From the NCBI RefSeq assembly GCF_009914755.1, contig NC_060929.1: DNA of 64,000 bases. One strand, 5' to 3'. This DNA comes from the human T2T-CHM13v2.0 reference genome, Homo sapiens. The position numbers and the translations under genes were made by a program. The notes beneath the pieces were generated by a model that saw only the letters and a list, made by a program, of their open reading frames with translations, did no database searches and was not told the origin of the DNA. The stretch's first letter is position 1. Each line of letters starts with the position of its first letter. This document shows, in pieces, positions 1-11,975 of the stretch.

Positions 1-239
1 TTACGTGCAGTGCTTAAAAAGGCTAGTCACTTTCAATCTTGGAATTGCTAGGCATCAAATTTCTTGATGAGGTCCATTCAGTCTTCTAATAAGGCAACAG
101 CTGTTTTAGAAGATTTCTTTGTACTTTATCATAAAAATACTGCTTATTATAAAATTATTGCTTAATTAAATTCTTTGCTGACACTAATACAAAATCAGAA
201 AACAACAAAAATGCTATGTCCTTGGTATGAACATACATA

Positions 240-259
240 TGTGTATGTGTGTGTGTGTG

Positions 260-290
<31 letters not shown>
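240..290. repeat. (TG)n-(TA)n compound microsatellite
   Basis: Visible tgtg...tata run; explains the YIYIYTHTH pseudo-ORF at 155..349. Confidence 0.95.
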
Positions 291-602
291 GGAACATTTT
301 TGCTGTTTTGCTTAGGATGGTAGAACCTGTTAAGGGTAATTTTATTCAAATACTCAAAGTTCAGTAAAGCTTTACATCTCTCACTCTTAACCAGGCTCTG
401 GTACTAACCTTCCAAAAATGAAAAAAGGCCTTATCTTTTCCATGTTCATGGAGATGGAGACATTCTAATACTGAGTAACCTTGGTGAGAAAGGCTTTGTG
501 TAGTAGAGGATGAAATGAGTTTCAAAGCTCTCCTCTCCTTCAGAAGAGGGCTGTTTTCTTCCACCAATGTGGCTAATAGGTGACTGTTCCGTTGAGTGAT
601 TA

Positions 603-738
603 TATGCCAGTGTTCCATTATTGGAAAACTAAGCATGTGGGAGTTATTTATATCCTACTGCTCAAGGTTATTGCCAAGGTCTGATTTTTGATACGTCTAC
701 AATTCAAAAAATTGCAGCCTCCAGCATAAATGGGTTAA
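603..738 (+). mobile_element. MER85 piggyBac-derived MITE, outer left end eroded
   Basis: gtgttccattattggaaaactaagcatgtgggagttatttatatcctactgctcaagg...gcataaatggg-TTAA matches the MER85 body, right TIR and TTAA target as I recall the consensus. Confidence 0.85.
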
Positions 739-766
739 ATAGCCGTCTTAAAAATTCTATCTATAA

Positions 767-1046
<280 letters not shown>

Positions 1047-1560
1047 TTAGATTTCAAAATGTTATTGGAATTATATTAGATGTGTCTTCCTGTATCATAT
1101 TTTTAGAAGGTGAGGATCTATTTCCATCATCTGTACATACCTGTCTTTTAAAAGGAATTTGGTTTATACTGATGAAATCTTCAGATAATATTTGACTATA
1201 TTATTTGCTTTATGTGAGGATAATTTGTATCTTGTAGAATTTTAAATGTAAGTTATTCAGTGTGACATGTAATTATGTTTCATATAGAATTAAATTAAGA
1301 ATATATATAGAATTAAAGGATTTGATTATTGTCAACAGTGAAGTTTTGAAATTTCAAAACCTCATATAGAAAGTAACTTGATCTCAACTTGATATTTAAA
1401 GAAATTGGAAATTAGATAAGCTACAAACTTGTTTTTCATATTGTGACAAAACTATTCTAATAAGGTTAGATGCTGGAAGAGGAGAAAGGAAAATAGACAT
1501 AAAAATTGGCAGAATTATAGCTGTCATGATACTGGTGTGTTAAATTTTAATATAAGTGGA

Positions 1561-1900
1561 TATTAGTTTCCTATTGCTACTATAACAAATTACCATGAAG
1601 TTAGTGGCTTAAAATTACATTCATTTATTATCATGTAATTCTTTAGGTAACAAGTTCAACATGGGTCTCACTGTGCTGAAATGAGGATGTAAGCAAGGCT
1701 GTGTTTTTCTTTTGGAGGCTCTAGGAGAGAATCGATCTGCTTGCCTGTTCCAGCTTCTAGAGGCTGCCTACATTCTTGACTTGTGGTCCCTTCCTACATC
1801 TTCAAAGCCGGCAACATTGCATTTCTGTGACCCTTACTCCAGTTATACTTCTCGCTGACCATAGCCAAGAGAGGTTCTCAGCTTTTAGAAACTTGTAAGG
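1561..1900 (-). mobile_element. MLT1-family (ERVL-MaLR) LTR fragment
   Basis: tattagtttcctattgctactataacaaattaccatgaagttagtggcttaaaa...ccagcttctagaggctgcc is the reverse complement of an MLT1 3' end. Confidence 0.8.
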
Positions 1901-2094
1901 CAAACTCCTGAATAGATAGTATTTATTTCAATATTTTTTTGAAAGAAACTTCATTTTCAAGAATTAAAGTTCAAATAACTCAGTGTAGCTGATGTTCTAG
2001 GAGGCTTCAGAGTTAGCACTCATTCAAAAGAGGATTGACTTCCCAGTCTTGAAGCAAAAAATTTTACCTGTGGTGCTTAAAAATAAGTTTTAAT

Positions 2095-2299
2095 CAATGA
2101 GAACACAGGGAGGGGAAAATCTTACACCAGGGCCTGTCAGGGTAGGAGGCAAGGGGACGGAGAGCATTAGGACAAATACCTAATGCATGCGGGGCTTAAA
2201 ACCTAGATGATGGGTTGATAGGTGCAGCAAACCACAATGATGTGTGTATACCTATGTAACAAATCTGCATGTTCTGCACATGTATCCCAGAACTTAAAA
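2095..2299 (+). mobile_element. L1PA (about PA7-PA10) 3' UTR fragment
   Basis: gagcattaggacaaatacctaatgcatgcggggcttaaaacctagatgatgggttgataggtgcagcaaaccac...tatcccagaacttaaa. Confidence 0.9.
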
Positions 2300-3180
2300 C
2301 TTACTTTTTAAATTTTACTTTAATAACAGACAACTTAGTTTCCTTTAAGAAAGTTTGCTAGACTCTTCTGGCTTACAACAAATGTAAATAAAACCATACC
2401 GCTTCCAGTGTTTACCAGATTTGCAGTTTTTTCAGTGCTATGAACAGTTCTTTGTTTCCTCATTTTTACCTTCAACTTCTGATTTTTCTCCAAAGTCTGT
2501 AGAAATCAATTCTTGCAGACTATGAATCAGTCTTTGTTATCAGCTAGATGATGGGAAGATGAGGAGTTCATCACCCTGTAGTGCTACAGGTTTTTTGCTT
2601 TACTGCAGGAAGAAGAAAGCAGACGCAGGTCGAGGAAAGCAGGCAAGCAAGCAGATTGGCTTAAAAGCAGGGCGAGTTAGATTTCAGAAATGACAACAGC
2701 TCCGTTAATGTAAACAGCAAAATTTAGCTTTCGTTGACAATTTAAAGTTTAATGAAAAACAGTCACGAGGAGAGAAATCTGAAAAGAGGCCAGGACCGAG
2801 AATAGGCTTAGACCACTGTGTGAGTAAGAACCTGGAAACAACAATGGACGACACATTCGATGACACATTTAGGCAATTTTCTTAAAAAAACAAGTAAACC
2901 AGGAGAGACAGAACACAGCAAAATGTGTGTATATGTTATGGATGGTGCTCTAAAAAGAAAAGAAAGATAAAACTGCTGAAAACTCTCACTTTAAAGATTT
3001 GTGTACATTTTTCCTAGCTGCACTGTTTCTTGTATACAGGAAGATTGGGTTGAATGAATAGCACATACAGGCAATATAGATGCCTTATAAGCAATTTAAA
3101 ATTTTATTTGCTCAGCATATTAACCTTTCATAAACTTCTCATACACTTTAGGCAGGGCTGTAGATCATGTCACCATATTG

Positions 3181-3362
3181 TAGGGCAACCGACGGTCCCA
3201 GTTTGTATAGCACTTACAGGGTTCTCAGAGTACAAGATTTTCTGTTTTGAAACTGGACAGTCCTGAGTAAACCCTCCTGGTTAAAGATGGTTCCTGGGAG
3301 GCAGAACTTTCAGTGCTAAAACCAGAAAAGTCCTAAGCAAACTGGGACAAATTGGTTACCAT
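3181..3362 (+). mobile_element. MER81-like hAT-Blackjack MITE with internal partial duplication
   Basis: Starts tagggcaacc...gtcccagtttg and ends caaactgggacaaattggttacc; the tttc(a/t)gt..aaaac..g..agtcct..g.aaac motif occurs twice (about 3238-3273 and 3307-3342). Confidence 0.6.
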
Positions 3363-3530
3363 ACGATGTCCGTTAGGTTGAAGTACACTCTAGGAGTTTT
3401 GCTGAAGCTATTGGGAAAGAGCTGTTTTATAGTAGGGTCAGTAGATTTTTTGCCACCTGGTAAAAAACTGTATCTTTCAAATTAACCAAAAGAGTGGTAA
3501 ACACTACCACTACCCTCTGTTTTTGTATTG

Positions 3531-5160
3531 TTTATTTTTAATTTTTATGGGTATATAGTAGGTGTCTATATGAGTTACATGATATTTTGATACAGGCATG
3601 AAATATGTAATAATCACATTAGGGTAAATAGGGTATCAATCTGCTCAAACATTCATTCTTTGTATTTAAAACAATCCAATTATACTCTTCTAGTTGTTTT
3701 TACATGAACAATTAAATTATTTTTTATTATAGTTACTCTCTTGTGCTAGCAATGACTAGGTCTTACTTATTTTTTTACCATGTTTTTGTACCGCTTAACC
3801 ATTCCTCCTCTACACTGACACACACCCCAAACCCAACTACTCATCCCAGCCTCTAGTAACCATTATTCAACTCTCTATCTCTGAGTTTAGTTGTTTTCAT
3901 TTTTAGCTCCCTCGAATGAGTAAGAACATATGATGTTTGTCTTTCTGTACCTGGCTTATTTCACTTAACTTTGTGACCTTCAGTTCCATCCATGTTGTTG
4001 AAAATGACAGGATCTCATTCTTTTTTATGGCTGAATAGTACCTCATTGTGGATATGTACTATGTTTTCTTTATCCATTAGTCGGTTGATGGACACTGAAG
4101 TTGCTTCCAAATCTTAGCTGTTGTGAATACTGCCACAATAAACATGGGACTGCAGATATCTCTTTGATATACTGATTTCTTTTCTTTTGGGTATATACCT
4201 AGGAGTGGGATTGCTGGATCACATAGTAGCTCTGTTTTTAGTTTCCTTAGGAACCTTCAAACTGTTCTCCATAGTGGTGGTACTAACTTACTTCTCACCA
4301 ATAGTGTATGAGGGTTCCTTTTCTCCATATTCTCATCAGCATTTTTTATTGACTGTTATTTGGATAAAAGCCATTTTAACTGGGATAAGATGCTACCTCA
4401 TTGTAGTTTTGGTTTGCATTTTTCTAATCAATAATGTTGAGCAATTTTCATATATCTGCTTGCCATTTGTATAGACATACAAATTTGGAGAAATATCTAT
4501 TCAGGTCTTTTGCCCATATTTAAATTGAATTATTAGATTTTTTTCCTATAGAATTGTTTGAGGTCCTTATATATTCTGGTTATTAATCCCTTATCAGATG
4601 AATAGTTTGCAAATGTTTTCTCCCATTCTGTGGGGGTTTCTCTTCACATTGTTCATTGTTTCATTTGCTGTGCAGAAGCTTTTTAGGTTATGATTCTATC
4701 TCTCCATTTTTGCTTTGGTTGCCTGTGCCTGTGGGGTATTGCTTGAGAAATATTTGCCACTACAATGTCCTGGAGAGTTTCCTCAAAGTTTTCTTCTGGT
4801 AGTTTTATAGTTTGAGGTCTTAGATTTAAATCTTTAATTGATTTTGATCAGATTTTTCTCTATGGTGAGAGATAGTGATCGAGTTTCACTCTGCATATGG
4901 ATATCTCATTTTCTAGGCACCATTTAATGAAGAGACTGTCTTTTCCCCAGTATATGTTCTTGGCACCTTTGATGAAAATGAGTTCACTGTAGGTGTATGG
5001 ATTTGTTTCTGGGTTCTCTATTCTGTTCCATTGGTCTATGTATCTGTTCTTCTGTCAGGACCATGCTGTTTCGGTTACTGTAGCTCTGTAGTATAATTTG
5101 AAGTCAGGTAATGTAATATCTCTAGTTTTGTTCTTTTTGCTCAGAATAGCTTTGGCTATT

Positions 5161-5191
<31 letters not shown>

Positions 5192-5918
5192 GTTCTATAT
5201 AAATTTTAGAATTTTTTTGTCTGTTCTTATGAAGAATGTCACTGGTATTTTGATAGGGATTGTATTAAATCTGTAGGTTGTTTTGGGTGGTATGGAAATT
5301 CTAACAATACTGAAACTGCCAATCAATGAATATGAAATATATTTTCATTTTTTGTGTGTCCTCCTTAATTTCTTGCATCAGTATTTCATAGTTTTCATTG
5401 TAGAAAACTTTCACTTCCTTGGTTACATTAATTTCTACATAATTAACTTTATTTCTGGCTATTGTAAATGGGATTACTTTTTAAATTTCTTTTTCAGTTT
5501 GTTTCATGTTGGCATATAAAAACACTACTGATTGTTGTGTATTGATTTTGTATCCTGCAACTTTACCAAATGTGTTTATCAGTTCTAAAAATTTTTTGGT
5601 GGATTCTTTAGGGTTTTCCAAATATAAGATTATACTATATTAACAGGATAATTTGACTTCTTCCTTTCCAATTTGCATGCCTTTTATTTCCTTCTCTTGT
5701 CTGATTGCTCTAGCTAGGACTTTTAGTACTATGTTGAATAATGGTGGTGACAATGGGTATCCTTGTCATGTCCCAGATCTAGAGGAAAGGTTTTAACTTT
5801 TCCCCAATTAGTATGATACTAGCTGTGGTTCTGTCATATATAGCTTTTATTAAATTGAGGTATGCTCCTTCTATAACTAGTTTTTTATGGTTTTTATCAT
5901 TAAAAGGATGTTGCATTT
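3531..5918 (-). mobile_element. L1MA (L1MA1/2-like) 3' UTR and distal ORF2
   Basis: T-rich tail, then gggtatatagtaggtg...tacaggcatg...acaatccaattatactc (L1MA 3' end) followed by antisense ORF2. Confidence 0.88.
5166..5191. repeat. (TG)n microsatellite inside L1MA ORF2
   Basis: Perfect tg run. Confidence 0.95.
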
Positions 5919-5920
5919 TT

Positions 5921-6287
5921 TAAATTTTATTTTAAGTTATTGGATACATGTGCAGGATGTGCAGATTTGTTACACAGGTAAATATGTACCATGGGTTTGC
6001 TGCACCTATCACTCCATCACCTAGGTATTGAACCCCTGCATACATTAGTTATTTATCCTCACACTCTCCTTCCCACCACCCCTCTGCCTCCAACAGGCCC
6101 CTGTGTACGTTGTTCCCCTCCCTGTGTCCATGTGTTCTCACCGTTCAGCTTCCATTTATAAGGGAGAACAAGCAGTGTTTCGTTTTCAGTTCCTGTGTTA
6201 GTTTGCTGAGGACAATGTCTTCCAGCTCTATCCATGTCCCTGCAAAGGACATGATCTTGTTCCTTTTTATGGCTGCATAGCATTCCA
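5921..6287 (-). mobile_element. 5'-truncated L1PA (about PA8-PA13) 3' end, no clear TSD
   Basis: gatacatgtgcaggatgtgcagatttgttacacaggtaaa...ttcctttttatggctgcatagcattcca. Confidence 0.88.
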
Positions 6288-6295
6288 ATTATATT

Positions 6296-9200
6296 TAATT
6301 GGTTCATATTTAGTTTTCCTACCTATGATAAGAGTAGTTTATACACCATAGTTACAATGTCATATTATTCTGTGTTTTCTGTGTATTTACCATTACTCAT
6401 GAGTTTTGTACCTTCACATGATTTCTTACTGTTCATTAACATCCTTTTCTTTCTAATTAAAATACTCCCTAAAACATTTCTTGTAGGACAAGTCTAGTGC
6501 TGATGAAATTCCTCAGTTTCCATCTGTCTGGGAAAGTCTTTATTTCTCCTTCATGTTCAAAGGATATTTTCATATCCTATTATAGGGTAAAAGTTTTTTT
6601 CCTTCAGCACTATTAAATATATCATGCCACTCTCTCCTGGCCTGGAAGGATTCCACTGAAAATCTGCCACTTGACATACTGGAGCTCCATTGTATGTTAT
6701 GTGTTTCTTTTCTCTTGCTGCTTTTAGGATCCTTTCTTTATCCTTCATATCTGGGAATTTGATTTTTAAATACTTTGAGGTAGTCATCTTTGGGTTTAAT
6801 CTGCCTGTTTTTCTATAACCTTCTTATACTTGAATATTGATATTTTTATCTGGGTTTGGGAGTTATTTTATTATTCCTTTGAATAAACTGTGTGCCCCTT
6901 CTCTTTTCTCCCTCCTCTTTAAGGTCAATAACTCTTAGATTTTCCCTTTTGGGGCTATTTTCTAGATATTGTAGACATGCTTCATTCTTTTTTATTCTTT
7001 TTTCTTTTGTCTCCTCTGACTGTGTATTTCCAAATAGTCTGCCTTCAAACTCACTAATTATTCCTTCTGCTTGATCAATTCTAATATTAAGAGACTCTGA
7101 TGTATTCTTCAGTATGTCAATTGCATTTTTCAGCTCCAGAATTTTTACTTGATTCCTTTTTATTACTTCAATGTTTTTAATAAATTTATCTGATAGAATT
7201 CAGAATGTCTTCTCTATGTTACGTTGAGTTTCTTTTGAGTTTTCTTAAAACAGCTATTTTTAATTCTGCATCTGATATGTCACATATCTCTCTTTTTCTT
7301 ATTTGGCCTTATTTGGTTCATTTGGTGAGGTCATGTTTTCTTGGATAATCTTGATACTGTGGATGGTTTTCTGTGTCTGGGCATTGAAGAGTTGGGTATT
7401 TATTGTAGTCTTCACAATCTGGACTTGTCTATACATATCCTTCTAGGTAAGACTTTCCAGATATTTAGGAAATGGGTGTTATGATCTAAGCTGTATCTGC
7501 AATAGAGGCCATCCCAAGTCCAGTAATGTTGCGGTTCTTGCAGTCTCATAGAGGTACTACCTTGATGGTCTTGGACAATATCTGGTAGAATTCTCTGAAT
7601 TATCAGGCAGAGACTCTTGTTTCTTTTCCTTACTTTTCTCCCAAACAAATGGAGTCTCTCTCTCTCTCTGTTCTGAGCCACTTGGGCTAGAGGTGCAGTG
7701 ACACAAGCACTCTGGTGGCCTGCACCATTAACACTGTACTGGGTCAGATCTCAAGCCAGTACAGCACTGGGTCTCACCCAAGTGCTGCTATAGCCACACC
7801 CTGGCTACCACCTATGTTTGCTCAAGGCCTTGGGGCTCTACAGTCAGCAGGTGGAAAAGTCAGCCAGGCCTGTCTTTCCCTTCTGGGTAGTGAGTTCCCC
7901 CAAGACCCTAGCAGGTCCAGAGGTGGTGTCTGGGAGGCAGGAACTAGAGTCAAAAACCTTAGAAGTCTACTTGCTGCTCCATTATACTGTGTCTGAACTG
8001 GCACTCAAACCACAAGATGTAGTCCTTCCAACTCTTCCCTCTCTTTTGCAAAGGCAGAGTAGGTCACCATGACCACAGGCCCGTAGGAAGTACTGCCAGA
8101 CTACTGCTAATGTTCTCTTAAGGTACAAGGGCTCTTCAGTCAGCTTGTGATGAATCCTGACTGGTCTTGGACATATCCTTTAGGGCAGTGGGCTCCCTTC
8201 TAGTCTGGGACAGGTCCAGAAATGCCATTCAAGAGCCAAGGCCTAAAATCAGGACCCTAGGACACTGCTTGGTGTTTTACTCCCTGTGGCAGAGCTGATA
8301 CCTAAGGTGCAAGACAAAGTCTTCTTTATTTTTCCCTTCACTTTTCTCAAGCAGAAGGAATCCCTCCCCATAGTCATCACAGCCAGGAATATGTTGAGTC
8401 TCATCGGAAGCCAGCAAGTCTGAGTCTCACCCAAGATCTATATTGTACCACCTGGATATTGCTGCTGGTTATTTAGGGCCCAAGGGCTCTTCAATTAGCA
8501 GGACCCAAGACTGGGTCCTTTCCTTCAAGGAAGCCTGTTCCCTTCTGGCCCAGGGTGTGTCTATAAATGTTGTTTGGGGGGTAGGGCATGGAAAGGGTGC
8601 CTCACAACTCTGACGAGTGCCCTATCCTGCTGTGGCTAAGCTGTTATCCAAGAAGCAATATGATGACCTCTCCACTCTTTCCTCTCCTCTCTTCAAACAA
8701 ATGGAAGGAGCCTGGGATTAGGGGAGTGATGGAGCCAGTACTCCCCTGGCTATCAGTAGATAATGTGCACCCTCAGTCCACTGGCTCTGAGTCTGGTTCA
8801 GCCTCTTGGGACACCCGTAGGCATTGCAATTCTCATGGCCTAGGCTGTCTTTCAAGTTTATTTAGGGACCTAAGAGCACTCCAGCCTGAGGTGGTGAGGC
8901 TTGCTGAACTCAAGTTTCAACCACTGAGATGAGCAATTCCCCTTTGGCTAAGTATTTGGTCTAAATATTCCCTCCCTGGGTGGGCATCAGTGGAGTTTGG
9001 GCCAGTTTTGCTTTCTGCTACAACAGGGCAGCTCTGAGTTAAATGCGATGTCACACAATTGTGTGAAACACACAGATTCTCCCAGAAACACAGATTCTCT
9101 CTCTGCACAGCAGGCTTCTGCCAGTGGATGGGGGAGGGGTGGCATTGGCAATCCAGGATTGTTTTTCCTACCTCTCAATGCCTCTATGAGCAATATGAAC

Positions 9201-9344
9201 TTAAAACCAGGTCTTGTGAGTGTTCACCTGATTTTTGGTTCTTATGAAGGTGTTTTCAGTATAGATAGTTGTTAAATTGGTACCTTTGTTGGGGGGAGGA
9301 GGGGCAATTGGTGGAGCCTTCTATTCAACCGTGTTGCTTCACCT
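6296..9344 (-). mobile_element. L1MA 5' part (inter-ORF spacer, ORF1, long 5' UTR)
   Basis: ORF 6557..6787 KDKERILKAAREK is ORF1; collinear with the copy at 20650-22748; ends in a degenerate gccatcttgctccgcc-like 5' terminus. Confidence 0.85.
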
Positions 9345-9374
9345 CTAATTCCACTTTTGGCATTTTGATACTGG

Positions 9375-9493
9375 ATGTACTCCTGGGTTTAAACATACCT
9401 AAATTCCAGATAAATGTACTGGATTTTCCATTTCTGTGAGCCAATACATTCCTTGTTATACTTGTATAGGTTTGATTGTTCCGTCATAGGTAA
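9375..9493 (+). mobile_element. Old MLT1 (I/J/K-like) LTR 3' fragment
   Basis: ctggattttccatttctgtgagccaatacattccttg resembles the MLT1 poly(A)-signal region. Confidence 0.45.
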
Positions 9494-9849
9494 TTTACAT
9501 TTTATATTTTCTCAGCGCCAAATTATACTTTAAAAAGGCTAAGCCAGTCTTTTTTAAATCACCAAATAAGTGAATATTTTAATCCATATTTGATGTCAGA
9601 CTTTGGTATTCGCCCGTAGTGTTAAATGGTATATAATTTTTGGTATAGTTGAAATCTTCTTTAGTAATAGGAATGTTACTTTATCAAATGTTTATTTTTT
9701 AAGAGAATCTAGTATATGATTAATATTCTAAATTATTGTAGTATTTTTGTGTTGACTGTTAGTCTTTTCCTATTTGATTCATTCAGTTTGATTTTATACA
9801 TTCCTAAATGGTTCTCTGTCTTTTAACATTGAATATATCTTTAGACATA

Positions 9850-11510
9850 TAGACATTTCTTATATTGGTGTAGTAAAATTTATTAATTTTTACAGCTTAT
9901 TTTTAAGAGAACCTGCCCTATTCCTAGATCAGCAACATTATTCTATATTTTCTTCAAAAGTTTGTAATTTTCATTTCTTATGTGTAGCTCATTATTGTAT
10001 CTGAATTAGGTCTGTGAGCTAGACATCAAAATTTAATCCATATAAAAGTTTAACACCATTTATTTCTCCCCCAACTTGTGTAAAATAACATCTCTTCTTT
10101 TAAAAGTCCCCATTTATGTTTGGGTCTGTTCTATTCTATGGGATGACTAGTAAATTCCTACATAAATACAACACTATTAAAATTACCACCATTTTATAAT
10201 AAACATTGATATTAAGTAGTTCTGGCTTCTCTTGCATTTTTTTACTCATGAATTTTTGAAAGAATTTATTGAGTTCATTATAAAATCTTCTTGATATTTT
10301 GATCAGAACTGCAATAGTTTTGTACATTTAAGAAAAATAATAACTTTATGATAGTTTTTCTATATCTGAAAAGGATGTACTCTTGCTATTATTTTAGATC
10401 TTTTTTAAAAAATGTACTTGAATAAAGCTTTATAATTTTCTTCATTAAGAACTTTTCTAGTATTTTTTATATTAATATTTATTTCTAGGTTATTTTCTAC
10501 ATTTTCTAACTTTTCTGCTATATTTGCTTTAAAATATATTTTAAATATGTTTTCTGGCAGGTTGGAAGAATATTTTTGTATATTAGTGTTTTATCATGTA
10601 TCTGGCAATACTGACCCTAAAAATTATTTTTTCGTGTACTCGCTTAAGTATTCTATGTGATCATATCACTTGTCAGTAAAATCTCAGTATTCTTTCTCTT
10701 CTATAGACACACATATTTATTGGCAAGAATCATCAATAGTGTTAAATCTAGTGATTAGAGACAGCATTCTATTCATATGCTATTCACTATTGTGTTTCAT
10801 GACGATAAAGATTAACATGAGATGTCTATATTTAGCTCTTCTTTCATTTCTTCTAAAAATGTTTTATAGTTTTCAGTATACTTCAGCTTGCTTTTTATTA
10901 AATTTATTACTGTTTTATTCTTTTTGATGACGTTGTGAATGAAAGTGTCTTAATATCATTTTTAGATTTTTAGAATAAATACAAAATACCACTATGTAGA
11001 AATACAATTGATATTTATATATTGATCTTGTTTCCTTTGAACTTACTGAATTTATTTATTAGTTTTGGTTGTGTTTTGGTTTCCATTGGGGTCTTTTTTT
11101 ATTTTGAATGTTGTGTTTGTGGATTTCTTAGGATATTTTATATACAAGATTATGTCTGAAAATAAGAACGGTTTTATTTTTTCTTTCCAAAATGGACGCC
11201 TTTTATTATTATTATTTGCTTAATTGCACTGACAAGAAATTCTAGTATAATGTTGAATAGAAGTAGTGATAGAGGACATCCTTATTTTGTTTTTAATCTT
11301 AGAGGAAAAGCCTTTAGTATTTTATCATTCATATGATGTCAGCAGTAGATTTTTAATAAATGCATTTTATTAGGTTGAATAAGTTTCCTTCAATTCCCAA
11401 TTTGTTGAGATTTTCAAAAAATCATGAATAGGTGTTAGATTACTATCAAACATTTCTTTTTGCATTTATTGAGGTGATCATATGGTTTTATTTCTTCTAT
11501 TAATATTGAC
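9850..11510 (-). mobile_element. Ancient L1M ORF2 fragments (at least two pieces)
   Basis: Antisense ORF2 motifs such as tctagtataatgttgaatagaagtagtgatagaggacatccttatt and cttagaggaaaagc. Confidence 0.7.
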
Positions 11511-11744
11511 TTTCATATGGATGATTTACCTTTCTATTTTTCCCCTCTAGTTGTGGTGGGCCCTAATTCATATTTCTCCCATAGCTCTTTATGAAAATGC
11601 ATAAGTATGTGTGCATGTATATGTGTAAATATGTATATACCTATGTGTATATATGAACATGTGTGTATATTTAATTAACTATATTGAAATGATCTGTTTC
11701 AATATTCATTTATTTAATTAAGTGTCCATACACCCTTGTGGAAA

Positions 11745-11975
11745 TGGCCTGGGCTTGGGAACAATATAAATTGAGTTGAAATCCTAGGATTTAAAGTGCT
11801 AATACTAGCAAAAAGAAGTCACTTGATCTTTCAAATCTGTTTATTCATCTCTATAAAGATGCTAATAATAGAATTCTTAAGTGTTTGTGATGATTACTAA
11901 GATTACTTAAGTAATGTACGTCAGAAGCACCTAGCACTGTGTGGAACATGGTAGATGCTCAAAAATGTTAATTCC
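11745..11975 (+). mobile_element. MIR SINE
   Basis: Core-like aagtcacttgatctt...ctgtttattcatctctataaagat and 3' end agcacctagcactgtgtggaacatggtagatgctcaaaaatgtt. Confidence 0.7.

Noticed and set aside
361-636. 91-aa minus-strand ORF as a gene
   Set aside because: It starts inside MER85, has no recognisable domain, and its length is within chance expectation.
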